Positions 49,470 to 59,374 of a DNA stretch of 64,000 nt are shown here, piece by piece. This DNA comes from a bacterium HR35 (GTDB taxonomy: Bacteria; Patescibacteriota; Minisyncoccia; UBA6257; HR35): positions 51,264 to 115,263 of the forward strand of contig BEIL01000002.1 in NCBI GenBank assembly GCA_002898235.1, in the 5' to 3' direction. A program made the position numbers and the translations under genes. A model generated the notes under the pieces. The model was not told where the DNA came from and searched no databases. It saw only the letters and a program-made list of their open reading frames with translations. How positions within the stretch are numbered: position 1 is the stretch's first letter; every line of letters begins with the position of its first letter.

Positions 49470-49826
49470 ATGATTAATAAACTAAGTAAAAAAGAAAAAA
49501 GAATTAGAAGACACAAAAAGATAAGAAAGAAAATCAGAGGAACAGTTGAAAGACCACGTTTGAGTTTCTTTAAATCCAATCAACATGTTTATGCTCAAGT
49601 AATTAATGATGATGAAGGAAGAACTTTAGTTTCGGCTTCAAGTTTAGAATTGAAGAAAGAAAAATTAACCAATAAAGAAAAAGTTATAAAAACTGCTGAA
49701 ATTTTAGCTCAAAGGTTAAAGGAAAAAGGAATTACCCAGATAGTTTTTGACAGAGGTGGTTTTTCTTATAAAGGTCGAACAAAGCTTTTTGCTGAGAAAT
49801 TAAGAGAATTAGGGATTAAATTTTAA
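49470..49826 (+). CDS. rplR: 50S ribosomal protein L18
   Basis: RPRL, YAQVIND, VFDRGG. Confidence 0.97.
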   Translation: MINKLSKKEKRIRRHKKIRKKIRGTVERPRLSFFKSNQHVYAQVINDDEGRTLVSASSLELKKEKLTNKEKVIKTAEILAQRLKEKGITQIVFDRGGFSYKGRTKLFAEKLRELGIKF

Positions 49827-49828
49827 AA

Positions 49829-50341
49829 ATGACTATTAAAGACGATTTTGAACATTTTGTCGTTGATTTAGCTCGGGTAGCTAAAGTAACTGAGGGAGGT
49901 AAAACTTTAAGAATTAGAGCAGCGGTGGTTATTGGCGATCGTCAAGGAAATGTTGGTTTTGGTATAGGTAAAGGTTATGATACAGCCGAAGCTGTTAGAA
50001 AAGCTATTAATGAAGCTAAGAAAAATTTAATTAAAGTACCAATTGTTAATGGAACAGTTCCTTTTGAAATTAAAGCTAAATTTAAAAGTGCAGCTGTTTT
50101 GATAAAACCAGCAAGACCAGGTAAAGGTTTAATTGCTGGCAGTGTTATTAGGTCAATTCTTTATTTAGCTGGCTATACTGATGTAAGCGCAAAAATCATT
50201 GGGGTAACTAAAAATTCCTTAGTTAATGCTTTAGCTGGAATTAGAGCTTTAGAGAAATTAGCTAAAACTTATGAAAATAAATTAAAATTAAAAGAGCAAT
50301 TAGCCGTTAAAAAGAAAAATGATTCAAATACATCAAATTGA
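49829..50341 (+). CDS. rpsE: 30S ribosomal protein S5
   Basis: RVAKVTEGG, VGFGIGK, KPARPGKG. Confidence 0.97.
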   Translation: MTIKDDFEHFVVDLARVAKVTEGGKTLRIRAAVVIGDRQGNVGFGIGKGYDTAEAVRKAINEAKKNLIKVPIVNGTVPFEIKAKFKSAAVLIKPARPGKGLIAGSVIRSILYLAGYTDVSAKIIGVTKNSLVNALAGIRALEKLAKTYENKLKLKEQLAVKKKNDSNTSN

Positions 50342-50747
50342 TTTTAAATTAAAAAAGAAAAAAAGAATTGGTCGGGGAGGAAAAAGAGGTAATTATTCGG
50401 GTAGAGGAATAAAAGGACAAAAAGCAAGAGCTGGAGCTAGAATTCGTCCAGCTTTAAGGGATGTTATTTTAAAGTTTCCTAAATTAAGAGGAAGTGGCAA
50501 TAAAAAAATTGAAAAAAAATTAATAACTATCAATATTGAAGCAATAGATAAAAATTTTCAAGCTGGAGAATCGGTTAATCAGGAAACACTTCGAAGAGTT
50601 ATTAAAATTCCTAAAAGTTGGAAAAGCTTTCGAGTTAAAATTTTAGGTAAAGGTAAATTAACCAAATCTTTAATCTTTTCAAAGGATTTTCTTTTTTCAG
50701 CCAAAGCTTTAGAAGAAATTAAAAAAAGCGGCAGTGAAATTAAATGA
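50319..50747 (+). CDS. rplO: 50S ribosomal protein L15
   Basis: RIGRGG..SGRGIKGQKARAG, KILGKG. Confidence 0.96.
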   Translation: MIQIHQIDFKLKKKKRIGRGGKRGNYSGRGIKGQKARAGARIRPALRDVILKFPKLRGSGNKKIEKKLITINIEAIDKNFQAGESVNQETLRRVIKIPKSWKSFRVKILGKGKLTKSLIFSKDFLFSAKALEEIKKSGSEIK

Positions 50748-52018
50748 ATTTTTTAAAAGTTTTAACTAATATTTTCAAAATAAAAGATTTGCGAAAAAGA
50801 TTTTTGATAGTTATTTTTTTTCTTTTAATTTATCGTTTTTTCGTTCATATTCCTTTACCTAATGTTGATTTAGAGAGATTCAGAGAACTTTTTTCTGCTA
50901 ATCAATTTTTCGGTCTAGTTAATATTTTTTCTGGTGGAGCTCTAGCCCAAGCTTCAATTTTTTCTTTAGGAGTTGGTCCTTATATTACTGCTTCGATTAT
51001 TATTCAATTATTAACTTTAATTAATCCTCAACTTAAGAGACTTTATTATGAAGAAGGAGAAACTGGGAGAGCAAAAGTTAATCAATATGCTCGCTATCTT
51101 ACTTTTCCAATCGCTCTTATTCAAGGAATTGGATTTCTTAATCTTCTTAATTTGAATAATATTGTTTTTTTTGAATCTTATTGGGAAATTATTAGAGATG
51201 CTCTTTTAATGGGAGTAGGTTCTCTGATAATGATGTGGCTAGGAGAATTGATTACCGAACAAAAAATTGGTAATGGAATTTCTTTACTTGTTTTTTCAGG
51301 AATTGTTGCCTCCTTGCCTCAAGCTTTATTAGCCCTCTACCTTACTTTTACTTTAGATAAACTATTAATCTACTTACCATTTTTGATTGTCTCTTTAGCA
51401 ACAATTGCTTTGGTAGTTTTTGTTAATGAAGCTGAAAAAAGGATACCCCTTGTTTCTGCTAAAAGAGTTATGGGTAGAAGGCTTTACGGTGGAGTTAATA
51501 CTTATCTACCTTTAAAAATTACTCAAGCAGGTGTTATTCCTATTATCTTTGCCATTGCTCTTCTTGTTTTTCCTCAAACCTTAGCTCAATTTCTTTCAAT
51601 TTTTAGAATAGAATTTTTAAATTTGGTAGCTCAAGAAATTAATAGTTTTCTATCGAATAAAATAATTTTTGCTTCTCTTTATTTTGGTCTAGTTTTTGGT
51701 TTTACTTATCTTTATACTAAAGCTACTTTTAATTCTGAAGAAATAGCTAAAAACTTTCAAAAAAGCGGGGTTTTTATTCCGGGTATCAGACCTGGTTTAG
51801 AAACTCAAAAGTATTTAGAAAATAGTCTTAATAAAATTAATTTTTTTGGAGGGATATTTTTAGGCTTTTTAGCTCTTCTTCCTTATTTAACAAGTTATTT
51901 AACCCAAACTAATTTTTTGGCTATTGGCGGAACTTCACTTTTAATTTTGATCTCTGTAGCTATTGAAACAATTAACCAAATTAAAGCTGAAATTTCTCTT
52001 CATCGTTATGAAGTTTAA
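50744..52018 (+). CDS. secY: Preprotein translocase SecY
   Basis: SLGVGPYITASII, GNGISL, AGVIPIIFA, IPGIRPG, GGTSLLI. Confidence 0.98.
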   Translation: MNFLKVLTNIFKIKDLRKRFLIVIFFLLIYRFFVHIPLPNVDLERFRELFSANQFFGLVNIFSGGALAQASIFSLGVGPYITASIIIQLLTLINPQLKRLYYEEGETGRAKVNQYARYLTFPIALIQGIGFLNLLNLNNIVFFESYWEIIRDALLMGVGSLIMMWLGELITEQKIGNGISLLVFSGIVASLPQALLALYLTFTLDKLLIYLPFLIVSLATIALVVFVNEAEKRIPLVSAKRVMGRRLYGGVNTYLPLKITQAGVIPIIFAIALLVFPQTLAQFLSIFRIEFLNLVAQEINSFLSNKIIFASLYFGLVFGFTYLYTKATFNSEEIAKNFQKSGVFIPGIRPGLETQKYLENSLNKINFFGGIFLGFLALLPYLTSYLTQTNFLAIGGTSLLILISVAIETINQIKAEISLHRYEV

Positions 52019-52625
52019 TAAGGGATTAATTATTTTTTTAACTGGAGGACCAGCTTCTGGTAAAGATACTCAAGCAGCTCTTTTGGCTAAAAAACTAAAA
52101 GCTAAAAAACTAAATGTTTCTGAAATTTTGGATAGTTTTTTTCAACAAACTAAAAAAAGATATTTACGAATAGGTAAAAAATTGATTAATCTTCAAAGAG
52201 AAAGGGAAAAAAGATTTAGTGGTAATTTGGTTTCTTTTGATTTAGTTGCTTATTTAATGAAAGAAGAAATTTTTAAAAATTTTTCTCTTAACCGACCATT
52301 AATAGTTTTAGGCGGTCCTCGGAGTTTAAAAGAGGCTAAAACCTATCTTAATTTAGTTAAAAAATTAAAATGTTCATTTCTTTTTATTTATTTAGAAGTA
52401 AGTGAAGAAGAAATGATAAGAAGATCGCTTAAAAGACAAAGAAGCGATGCTCTTGACGAGCCAGCTAAAATTAAAAAAAGAATAGAACTCTTTAAAAAAT
52501 ATACCCTACCAGCTTTAAATTTTTTGAAAAAAAGAAAACTTTTAACTCAAATTAATGGCGAGGGGGAAGTAAAAGAAATTCATCAAGAGATTTGGCAAAA
52601 AATAAAAAATTTTTCAAATTTCTAA
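52008..52625 (+). CDS. adk: Adenylate kinase-family NMP kinase (short LID, divergent)
   Basis: P-loop GGPASGKDTQA, GGPRS; position after secY; ATG at 52008. Confidence 0.8.
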   Translation: MKFNKGLIIFLTGGPASGKDTQAALLAKKLKAKKLNVSEILDSFFQQTKKRYLRIGKKLINLQREREKRFSGNLVSFDLVAYLMKEEIFKNFSLNRPLIVLGGPRSLKEAKTYLNLVKKLKCSFLFIYLEVSEEEMIRRSLKRQRSDALDEPAKIKKRIELFKKYTLPALNFLKKRKLLTQINGEGEVKEIHQEIWQKIKNFSNF

Positions 52626-54350
52626 TGGGTTAATTTTTATTTTTTCAAATTGATAAATCTTTAAAACTTCTTGAAGTTTGAAATCCTCTTTTTGAGTTCG
52701 AATAATAATTTCTAAAAAATATCTTTTTTTAAATCTAAAAGGTTTAGCTAAAATAGGTCCGATAACTTCAGCTTCTTTCAAAATATTTTTAAGTTCTTGA
52801 CTAATTTTCAGCATTTGTTTTTGAAGTTTATCAAAATCGCTACTTCCGTTAATTAGCTTAATTATTTTATAAAAAGGATTCAATCTTAAAAGTTCTCGTT
52901 CTTTAATTATTTCTTGAAAATAACTGCCTTGATAAATTTTTTTTTCAATTTCTAAATTTCTTAAATTGCTAACCAAAAAAATATTTTTGACTTTTTCCTG
53001 AAAGAAAGCTAGGATTCTTAAATACTTTTCTCTTAAAAAAGGATCAGAAGTCAAATAAAAGTTTTCAAAATTAAAGAAAATTAAAACTTCGGCTTCTGGT
53101 AAATGACCAGAAATAAGATTTAAACTGCCTAGAAGAAAAAATTTACTTTTGTTTTTTAAGACCTTTAAAATTTTTTTTCTCTTTTTTAGCACTAAATAAG
53201 TTTCTTCAGGATAATTTTTTTTAAGGAATTTATAAAAAGAAATTAAACCTAATCTTTTAAAACCCAATTCGAGCTTTTGCTGACAAAAAGGACAAAGGTT
53301 TTTATCAAATTTTATCTCTCGAGAACAAAGAAGACAAAAAATTTTATCTTCTTTAAAAACTAAATTGCTTTGACATCGAGGACACTTTAGAGAATTGAAA
53401 CAAAGTTCGCATCTAAGACCATAAACTATTTTTTGGGGGAAAAAGAAAATTATTTTTTGATAAGTTTTGATTATTTTTAAAATTTCTTCTAAATCATTAA
53501 TTACTTCGATTTTTAACGGCAGTTTAATTTCTAGTTTTAAAAACTTTACTGATTGCAAAGAAGGCAGGCGGTCTATTAAAATGAGAGGTATTCTCTTTAT
53601 TTGGGCTAACTTAAAAATTAAATCACGATAATCAAAATTAACTTTTTTAAAATTATCATAATAGAAAAAACTACCTTCTCGAAAAACAATTAACTGATCA
53701 ATATTTTTCCAAGGCAAAAAAACTAAATGCTTAGGAATTAAAATTGTTTTCTTATCTCTTTTTTCTAATTCCTGGGCTAATTTTTTTATTTTTTCTTTAT
53801 TCCAAGGCGGAGAGAATTTTAAATAAGGCAATTTTAGTTTTTCAAAGAATTGAGAAACTTCTTCGAAAAAACTAATTTCTGGCACAATTAAAAGATTTCT
53901 TTTTTTAACTAAAATCTTTGAATCTAAATCTTCTCTAAAAGAAATTTTAAAATTTCTCTTTATTTTTTTTTCAGAAGCTTGACTATTAATTTCTAAAAAA
54001 GCTTTAGCTGGAAAATAAAAAAAGGAAAATATCGAAGCTAAAGAAAAACCAAAATAACCAGCCAAAAATTGAGCAAATTGAATTTCTTCTTTTCTGATTA
54101 GAGTTTTTTCTTTAATTATTTTTCTTATTTTTTTTAATTTAGGAATCAAGTTAATTATTTCTTGACGAGATTTTTCTAATTCTTTTATCTCGAAAACATA
54201 CCCAGGGATAATTTTTTTCCGAAAATCAATTTCTACCAAAGCTCCCTTTTTTAAGGGAAAATCAGAAAAATAAGTAAAGTAGTCTGGCGAATTGGGAGGT
54301 AAAGGAATTAGTGGTATAATATTAGCAATTAAATATTTTCTTTTAATCAT
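52614..54350 (-). CDS. priA: Degenerate primosomal protein N' (PriA-like, helicase motifs eroded)
   Basis: N-terminal FTYFS..GALVEIDF 3'-binding domain, four CxxC pairs, C-terminal NPFY..VIGP; no Walker A or DExH. Confidence 0.8.
   Translation of the reverse strand: MIKRKYLIANIIPLIPLPPNSPDYFTYFSDFPLKKGALVEIDFRKKIIPGYVFEIKELEKSRQEIINLIPKLKKIRKIIKEKTLIRKEEIQFAQFLAGYFGFSLASIFSFFYFPAKAFLEINSQASEKKIKRNFKISFREDLDSKILVKKRNLLIVPEISFFEEVSQFFEKLKLPYLKFSPPWNKEKIKKLAQELEKRDKKTILIPKHLVFLPWKNIDQLIVFREGSFFYYDNFKKVNFDYRDLIFKLAQIKRIPLILIDRLPSLQSVKFLKLEIKLPLKIEVINDLEEILKIIKTYQKIIFFFPQKIVYGLRCELCFNSLKCPRCQSNLVFKEDKIFCLLCSREIKFDKNLCPFCQQKLELGFKRLGLISFYKFLKKNYPEETYLVLKKRKKILKVLKNKSKFFLLGSLNLISGHLPEAEVLIFFNFENFYLTSDPFLREKYLRILAFFQEKVKNIFLVSNLRNLEIEKKIYQGSYFQEIIKERELLRLNPFYKIIKLINGSSDFDKLQKQMLKISQELKNILKEAEVIGPILAKPFRFKKRYFLEIIIRTQKEDFKLQEVLKIYQFEKIKINPLEI
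54312..54320 (+). promoter_or_regulatory. Extended -10 element for mreB lying inside priA
   Basis: TGGTATAAT 28 nt upstream of the mreB ATG. Confidence 0.5.
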
Positions 54351-55359
54351 GATTTTTAAATTAGGAATTGATTTGGGAACAGCTAATTCTAATGTTTATC
54401 TTCCGGAAAGAGGAGTAGTTTTAAGCGAACCAACAGTTGTTGCTTATGATGAAAAGACTAATAGAATAATTGCTGTTGGGAAAGAAGCAAAAGAAATGAT
54501 TGGCAAAACTCCAAGAGAGATTAAAATTTATAGACCTCTGAAGGAAGGTGTTATTGCTGATTATAAGGCTACTTTAGCTATTTTAAGATACTTTCTAAGT
54601 AAAGTCAAAATTACTAGATTTTTTAAACCAATTTTAGTAATTTCAGTTCCAGCCGGAATTAGTTCAACTGAAAGACGAGCTATAATTGATGCCGGTCTAG
54701 AAGCTGGTGCTCGAGAAGTTTATCCAATTAAAGAACCAATTTTAGCTGCTTTAGGAGCAGAAATGCCAATTCAAAGTCCGGCTGGAAATATGATTGTTAA
54801 TATTGGTGGAGGTACAAGTGAAATAGCTGTTATTTCTTTGGGAGGAATAGTTACTTTTGAATCACTAAAGATTGCTGGAGATAAAATGGATGAAGCTATT
54901 AGGGAGTACTTGAGAAGGAAATTTAATTTAGCTGTTGGTGAAAAAACAGCTGAGATGATCAAAATTCAAGTTGGTTCAGCTTTGCCTTTAAGAAACAATA
55001 ATCATAAAAACGGAGAATTAGAAATGGTAGTTAATGGTGTAGATTATTTAACTGGTCTACCCAAAAGTATTAAAATTAATTCTAATCAAGTAGCTGAAGC
55101 TTTGCAAAAAGAATTAAAAGAAATAATTAATGGCATAAAAAGAGTTTTGGCATTAACCCCACCAGAACTCGTAGCGGATGTTATGGAAAGGGGAATTGTT
55201 CTTTCAGGAGGAGGGGCTCTTTTAAGAAAAATTGATGAGCTTATTAGTCTTCAAACTTCAATTAAATCTATTGTAGCTGAAGATCCTTTATTTGCAGTTG
55301 CTCGAGGAACTGGTAAAGTTTTAGAAAAAATTGACCTCTATCAAAAATTAGTTTCATGA
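54349..55359 (+). CDS. mreB: Rod shape-determining protein MreB (copy 1)
   Basis: GIDLGTAN, RPLKEGVIAD, NIGGGTSE, SGGGALL; ATG at 54349. Confidence 0.95.
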   Translation: MIFKLGIDLGTANSNVYLPERGVVLSEPTVVAYDEKTNRIIAVGKEAKEMIGKTPREIKIYRPLKEGVIADYKATLAILRYFLSKVKITRFFKPILVISVPAGISSTERRAIIDAGLEAGAREVYPIKEPILAALGAEMPIQSPAGNMIVNIGGGTSEIAVISLGGIVTFESLKIAGDKMDEAIREYLRRKFNLAVGEKTAEMIKIQVGSALPLRNNNHKNGELEMVVNGVDYLTGLPKSIKINSNQVAEALQKELKEIINGIKRVLALTPPELVADVMERGIVLSGGGALLRKIDELISLQTSIKSIVAEDPLFAVARGTGKVLEKIDLYQKLVS

Positions 55360-56207
55360 TTTATGGCAACGAAGAAGCCCAAAAATTAGTTAAAGATTGG
55401 TTAGAAACGGAAAAAAGAGGAGCTTTGCTTATAGCTGGTCCTGAAGGTGTAGGTAAATTTTCTTTTGTTAAGGAATTTCTTAAAACAAAAATCGATTGGG
55501 AAGTTATTACTTTAAGGTCAGAGAAAAAAATGTTTTACATTGAAACTGCTCGCTTTTTTACTAAAATTACCCAAACTAAAACTAAAAATAAAAGAGTTAT
55601 TTTAATTGATGAAGTTCATAAATTTCGTGAAGAAAGCCAAAATGTTCTTTTAAAAACAATTGAGGAACCCTCCTCGACAACCTTGTTTGTTTTAATTTCT
55701 CATCGAACTCAGAAAATATTACCAACTATCCGTTCAAGATCTTTAGCTGTTAAATTTACTTTTGTTCCTCAGGAGCTAAATTTTAAATTTTTAAAAGAAA
55801 AAAATTTTTCTGAAGCTGAAATCGATTTTGCTCTTCTTTTTTATCCTTATCAACCAGGAAAAGCTTATCATCTTATTAAGGATAAACATAAAATTGATTT
55901 TTTTAAAAGGTTTTTAAATCTATCGACTACAGCTGAAAAAATTGAAATCTTAAAAGAGGCTACTAGTTATTTTAAATTAGATGAAAATTTAAATTTTAGT
56001 GACAAATTTAGTAAAATTTATAAAGAAATAATAGAAATCTTGATTTTAAAAAAAAGAAAAAATTTGATTGAAAAATTAAAAAATAAAAAACAGCTTAATT
56101 ATCACGAAATTGAAGAAATAAAAGAATTAATCGATTTTTATAATGAAACTGAATATGATTATCATTGGTTTTTACAATTAACTAATTTTTTGCTCACCTA
56201 TGGATAA
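55356..56207 (+). CDS. holB: DNA polymerase III delta' subunit-like clamp-loader protein
   Basis: GPEGVGK, LIDEVH, QNVLLKTIEEP, LPTIRSR. Confidence 0.85.
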   Translation: MIYGNEEAQKLVKDWLETEKRGALLIAGPEGVGKFSFVKEFLKTKIDWEVITLRSEKKMFYIETARFFTKITQTKTKNKRVILIDEVHKFREESQNVLLKTIEEPSSTTLFVLISHRTQKILPTIRSRSLAVKFTFVPQELNFKFLKEKNFSEAEIDFALLFYPYQPGKAYHLIKDKHKIDFFKRFLNLSTTAEKIEILKEATSYFKLDENLNFSDKFSKIYKEIIEILILKKRKNLIEKLKNKKQLNYHEIEEIKELIDFYNETEYDYHWFLQLTNFLLTYG

Positions 56208-56358
56208 AGCCTGGTCGGTTCTTAAAAAATATTTTCTTTTTATTCTTATTCTTTTTATTTTAAAAACAATTTTTCAAATCCCAACAGTTAATAAAGAAAT
56301 GAAAAAAATCTGGGAAAAGGAGATTAAAGTTTATTTTAAAAGTCGATCGGTTAAATAA
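56200..56358 (+). CDS. Small single-TM hypothetical protein (52 aa)
   Basis: MDKAWSVLKKYFLFILILFILKTIFQIP...; overlaps the holB stop and ends 10 bp before frr. Confidence 0.5.
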   Translation: MDKAWSVLKKYFLFILILFILKTIFQIPTVNKEMKKIWEKEIKVYFKSRSVK

Positions 56359-56368
56359 CTAATAAGAA

Positions 56369-56911
56369 ATGATTAATGACTTTAAAAAAGCTTTAGAAAG
56401 TCTGTTAAATGAATTTAAAGAAAAATTAAAAGAAATAAGAGGTCACCGCTTAAATTTAACTTTTTTAGAAAATTTGGAAATTGAAGTTTATGGCAAAGAT
56501 TATCCCTTAAAAGCCTTAGGTTTTCTATCGCAACTTGATCCTTTAACTTTTAAACTTGATGTTTTTGATGAAACTCTTTTGAGTTCAATTGAAGCTGGTT
56601 TAAATAATAGAAATCTAGGTTTATCTTTATCAAAAGAAAAAAGAAGTTTAATAATTAAATTTCCTCCCTTAACCGAAGAAACAAGAAAGAAAATTATTAA
56701 AAATTTAAACGAACTTAAAGAAGAAATCAGAATTAAAGCAAGAAAATTAAGAGATGATTTTTTAAAGGATTTGAAAGCTCAAAAAGAAAAAAAAGAAATC
56801 TCTGAAGATAATTTTTATAAAACTAAAGAAGCTTTTGACAAGGAAATCGAGAATTTTAATAAAAAAGTCGAAGAGTTATTTCAAGCTAAGGAGAAAGAGA
56901 TTTTAAGCTAA
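56369..56911 (+). CDS. frr: Ribosome recycling factor (divergent)
   Basis: IRGHR, VYG, FPPLTEETRK, ISED, KEKEIL. Confidence 0.9.
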   Translation: MINDFKKALESLLNEFKEKLKEIRGHRLNLTFLENLEIEVYGKDYPLKALGFLSQLDPLTFKLDVFDETLLSSIEAGLNNRNLGLSLSKEKRSLIIKFPPLTEETRKKIIKNLNELKEEIRIKARKLRDDFLKDLKAQKEKKEISEDNFYKTKEAFDKEIENFNKKVEELFQAKEKEILS

Positions 56912-57951
56912 TGGAAATAGTTTTAAGCTTTCTTTTTTTTCTTAACTTAATAATTTTTTTTCACGAACTTGGTCATTTTCTTTTAGCTAAAAAAATGAAA
57001 GTTGATGTGCTTGAATTTTCTCTAGGTTTTCCTCCTTTTATTTTTAGAAAAAAAATTGGCGAAACTATTTATAGTTTAGGTTTAACTCTTTTAGGTGGCT
57101 ATGTTAAACTCAAAGGTGAAGAAAATCTAGAAGAAAATGGTTTTTTAGCTTCACCTCCAAAAGTGAGAAGCTTTATAGTTTTAGGAGGAATTTTGATGAA
57201 TGTTTTTTTAGCTTATTTTCTTTTTTCTTTAAGTTATTTAATAGCTTTTCCTCAACCTTCAGAAAAAATAATTGTTAGCGGTTTTTTAGAAGGAAGTCCA
57301 GCTAAGGGTTTTTTAAATAAAGGAGATGTTTTAAGAAGCTTTCAAATTGAGAACAAAAAATATTATTTTAAAGATCCTTTAGAGGTTTCTCAGTTTTTTA
57401 GAAATAATTTAGGCAAAGAAATAAAAATAGAAATTGAAAGGCAGGGAGAAATAAAAGAAATAACTTTACGTTTACCAGAAAAACCATTAAATTCGCAAGC
57501 TGTTTTAGGAATTTATCTTTCTAATTTCGAATTGGTTAAGAAAAGCTTTCCTCTTAATTTTTATTTTGCCCTAAAAGAGTTGGTCAATCAGACCAAAAAA
57601 ACAATTTTTGGTTTTTATTTAATCTTTAAAAATTTTTTTACCAAAGAAAAAGCACCAGTTGAAGTTGTTGGTCCAGTAGGTATCTTTAATTATTATCGAA
57701 ATATTCAAGAATTTGGTTTGGGTTACATTTTTTATTTTATTGGCAGTCTTTCTCTTTATTTAGCTTTCTTTAATCTTTTACCTCTACCAGCTTTAGATGG
57801 TGGAAGATTAATTTTTATTCTTTTTGAGATGATTTTCAAAAAGAGATTGGAGCTAAAGATAGAAGCTTTAATCCATTCTCTTGGTTTCTTACTTCTTTTC
57901 TCTCTTTTAGTTTTGATAACCTTAAAAGATATTTTAAAATTATTTAGATGA
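56911..57951 (+). CDS. rseP: RseP-like M50 intramembrane zinc protease with PDZ domain
   Basis: HELGH, GGYVKL, NLLPLPALDGG. Confidence 0.93.
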   Translation: MEIVLSFLFFLNLIIFFHELGHFLLAKKMKVDVLEFSLGFPPFIFRKKIGETIYSLGLTLLGGYVKLKGEENLEENGFLASPPKVRSFIVLGGILMNVFLAYFLFSLSYLIAFPQPSEKIIVSGFLEGSPAKGFLNKGDVLRSFQIENKKYYFKDPLEVSQFFRNNLGKEIKIEIERQGEIKEITLRLPEKPLNSQAVLGIYLSNFELVKKSFPLNFYFALKELVNQTKKTIFGFYLIFKNFFTKEKAPVEVVGPVGIFNYYRNIQEFGLGYIFYFIGSLSLYLAFFNLLPLPALDGGRLIFILFEMIFKKRLELKIEALIHSLGFLLLFSLLVLITLKDILKLFR

Positions 57952-59372
57952 TTAGTTTTAAAAAAGAAGAAAATTTATCTGATTGGTATTTAGAGGTTTT
58001 AACCAAAGCTGATATTTTTGATTATGGTCCAGTAAAGGGAACGATTATTTTTAAACCTTATGGTTATGCTCTTTGGGAAAATATCCAAAAAATTTTAGAT
58101 TCTTTGATAAAAAAAGAAATTGGTGCTTTAAATTCTTATTTTCCTTTATTTATTCCTGAAAGTTATCTAAAGAAAGAAAAAGAGCATCTAGAAGGTTTTA
58201 GTCCAGAAGTAGCAGTTGTTACCTATGCAGGCGGCGAAGAACTTCAGGAAAAACTAATTGTTAGACCAACTTCAGAAACAATTATGTATGCTGCTTTTTC
58301 AAAATGGATAAAATCTTACCGAGATTTACCTTTAATTGTTAATCAATGGTGTAATGTCGTCAGATGGGAAAAAAGGCCATTTCCCTTTTTAAGAAATACG
58401 GAATTTCTTTGGCAAGAAGGCCATGGAGTCCATGCTACTCATGAAGATTCTTTAGAAACAGTTTTTAAAGCTTTAACTGTTTATCTTAAGGTTTATCAAG
58501 AATACTTAGGAATTTTTGGTTTTGGGGGACAAAAATCTGAAAGCGAAAAGTTTGCTGGCGCTTTAAAAACTTTTACTTATGAAATTTTAATGCCCGATGG
58601 CAAAGCTCTTCAAGGTTGTACTTCTCATGATTTAGGTCAAAACTTTTCTTTGCCTTTTGAAATTAGATTCCAGGATAAAGATATGAATTTAAAATATGTT
58701 TGGCAAAACTCTTGGGGATTTTCAACTAGATCTTTAGGTGCCATTTTTATGGTTCATGGAGATGAAAATGGTTTAATTTTGCCACCAACCATTGCTCCTT
58801 ATCAATTTGTTATTATTCCTATCTATGATGGACGGGTGGATAGAGAAATTGATGATTGGGCTAAAAAAATTATGGCTAGTCTTAAAGAAAAAAACTTTTC
58901 TGTTTTTTATGATACTTCAGAAGAAACACCTGGTTTTAAGTTTAATTTCTGGGAATTGAAAGGAGCTCCCTTTCGAATTGAGATTGGCAAAAAGGAGTTA
59001 GAAAATAAAAAGTTGACTTTGTTTAGAAGGGATAACAAAGAAAAAGAAACTTTAACTTTAGAAAACTTGATTGATAACTATCCTCGGTTGGAAAAAAATT
59101 TCATTCAAAATCTTTTTCAAAGATCTAAAGAATTTACCCTGAAAAATATTTCTGAACCTTCATCTTATTCAGAATTTAAAGAAATTATGGAAACTAAAAG
59201 GGGTTTTTTGAGGGTTTTCTGGTGCGAAAATGAAAAATGCGAAGCTAAAATTAAAGAAGAAACAAAAGCTACTACTCGTTGTTTACCTTTAGAGGAGAAA
59301 GAAGAGAAAGGAAAATGTATTTATTGCGGAAAAGAAGCTAAACGTCGCTGGCTTTTTGCTCAGGCTTACTAA
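57948..59372 (+). CDS. proS: Prolyl-tRNA synthetase (archaeal/eukaryotic type)
   Basis: RPTSET, EFLWQEGH, SHDLGQNF, C-terminal Zn site and AY terminus. Confidence 0.98.
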   Translation: MISFKKEENLSDWYLEVLTKADIFDYGPVKGTIIFKPYGYALWENIQKILDSLIKKEIGALNSYFPLFIPESYLKKEKEHLEGFSPEVAVVTYAGGEELQEKLIVRPTSETIMYAAFSKWIKSYRDLPLIVNQWCNVVRWEKRPFPFLRNTEFLWQEGHGVHATHEDSLETVFKALTVYLKVYQEYLGIFGFGGQKSESEKFAGALKTFTYEILMPDGKALQGCTSHDLGQNFSLPFEIRFQDKDMNLKYVWQNSWGFSTRSLGAIFMVHGDENGLILPPTIAPYQFVIIPIYDGRVDREIDDWAKKIMASLKEKNFSVFYDTSEETPGFKFNFWELKGAPFRIEIGKKELENKKLTLFRRDNKEKETLTLENLIDNYPRLEKNFIQNLFQRSKEFTLKNISEPSSYSEFKEIMETKRGFLRVFWCENEKCEAKIKEETKATTRCLPLEEKEEKGKCIYCGKEAKRRWLFAQAY

Positions 59373-59374
59373 TA

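Noticed and set aside
42662-54962. Short ORFs 42662-42877, 44741-44929, 45145-45453, 46432-46671, 48084-48332 and 54771-54962
   Set aside because: Shadows of ribosomal protein genes and mreB
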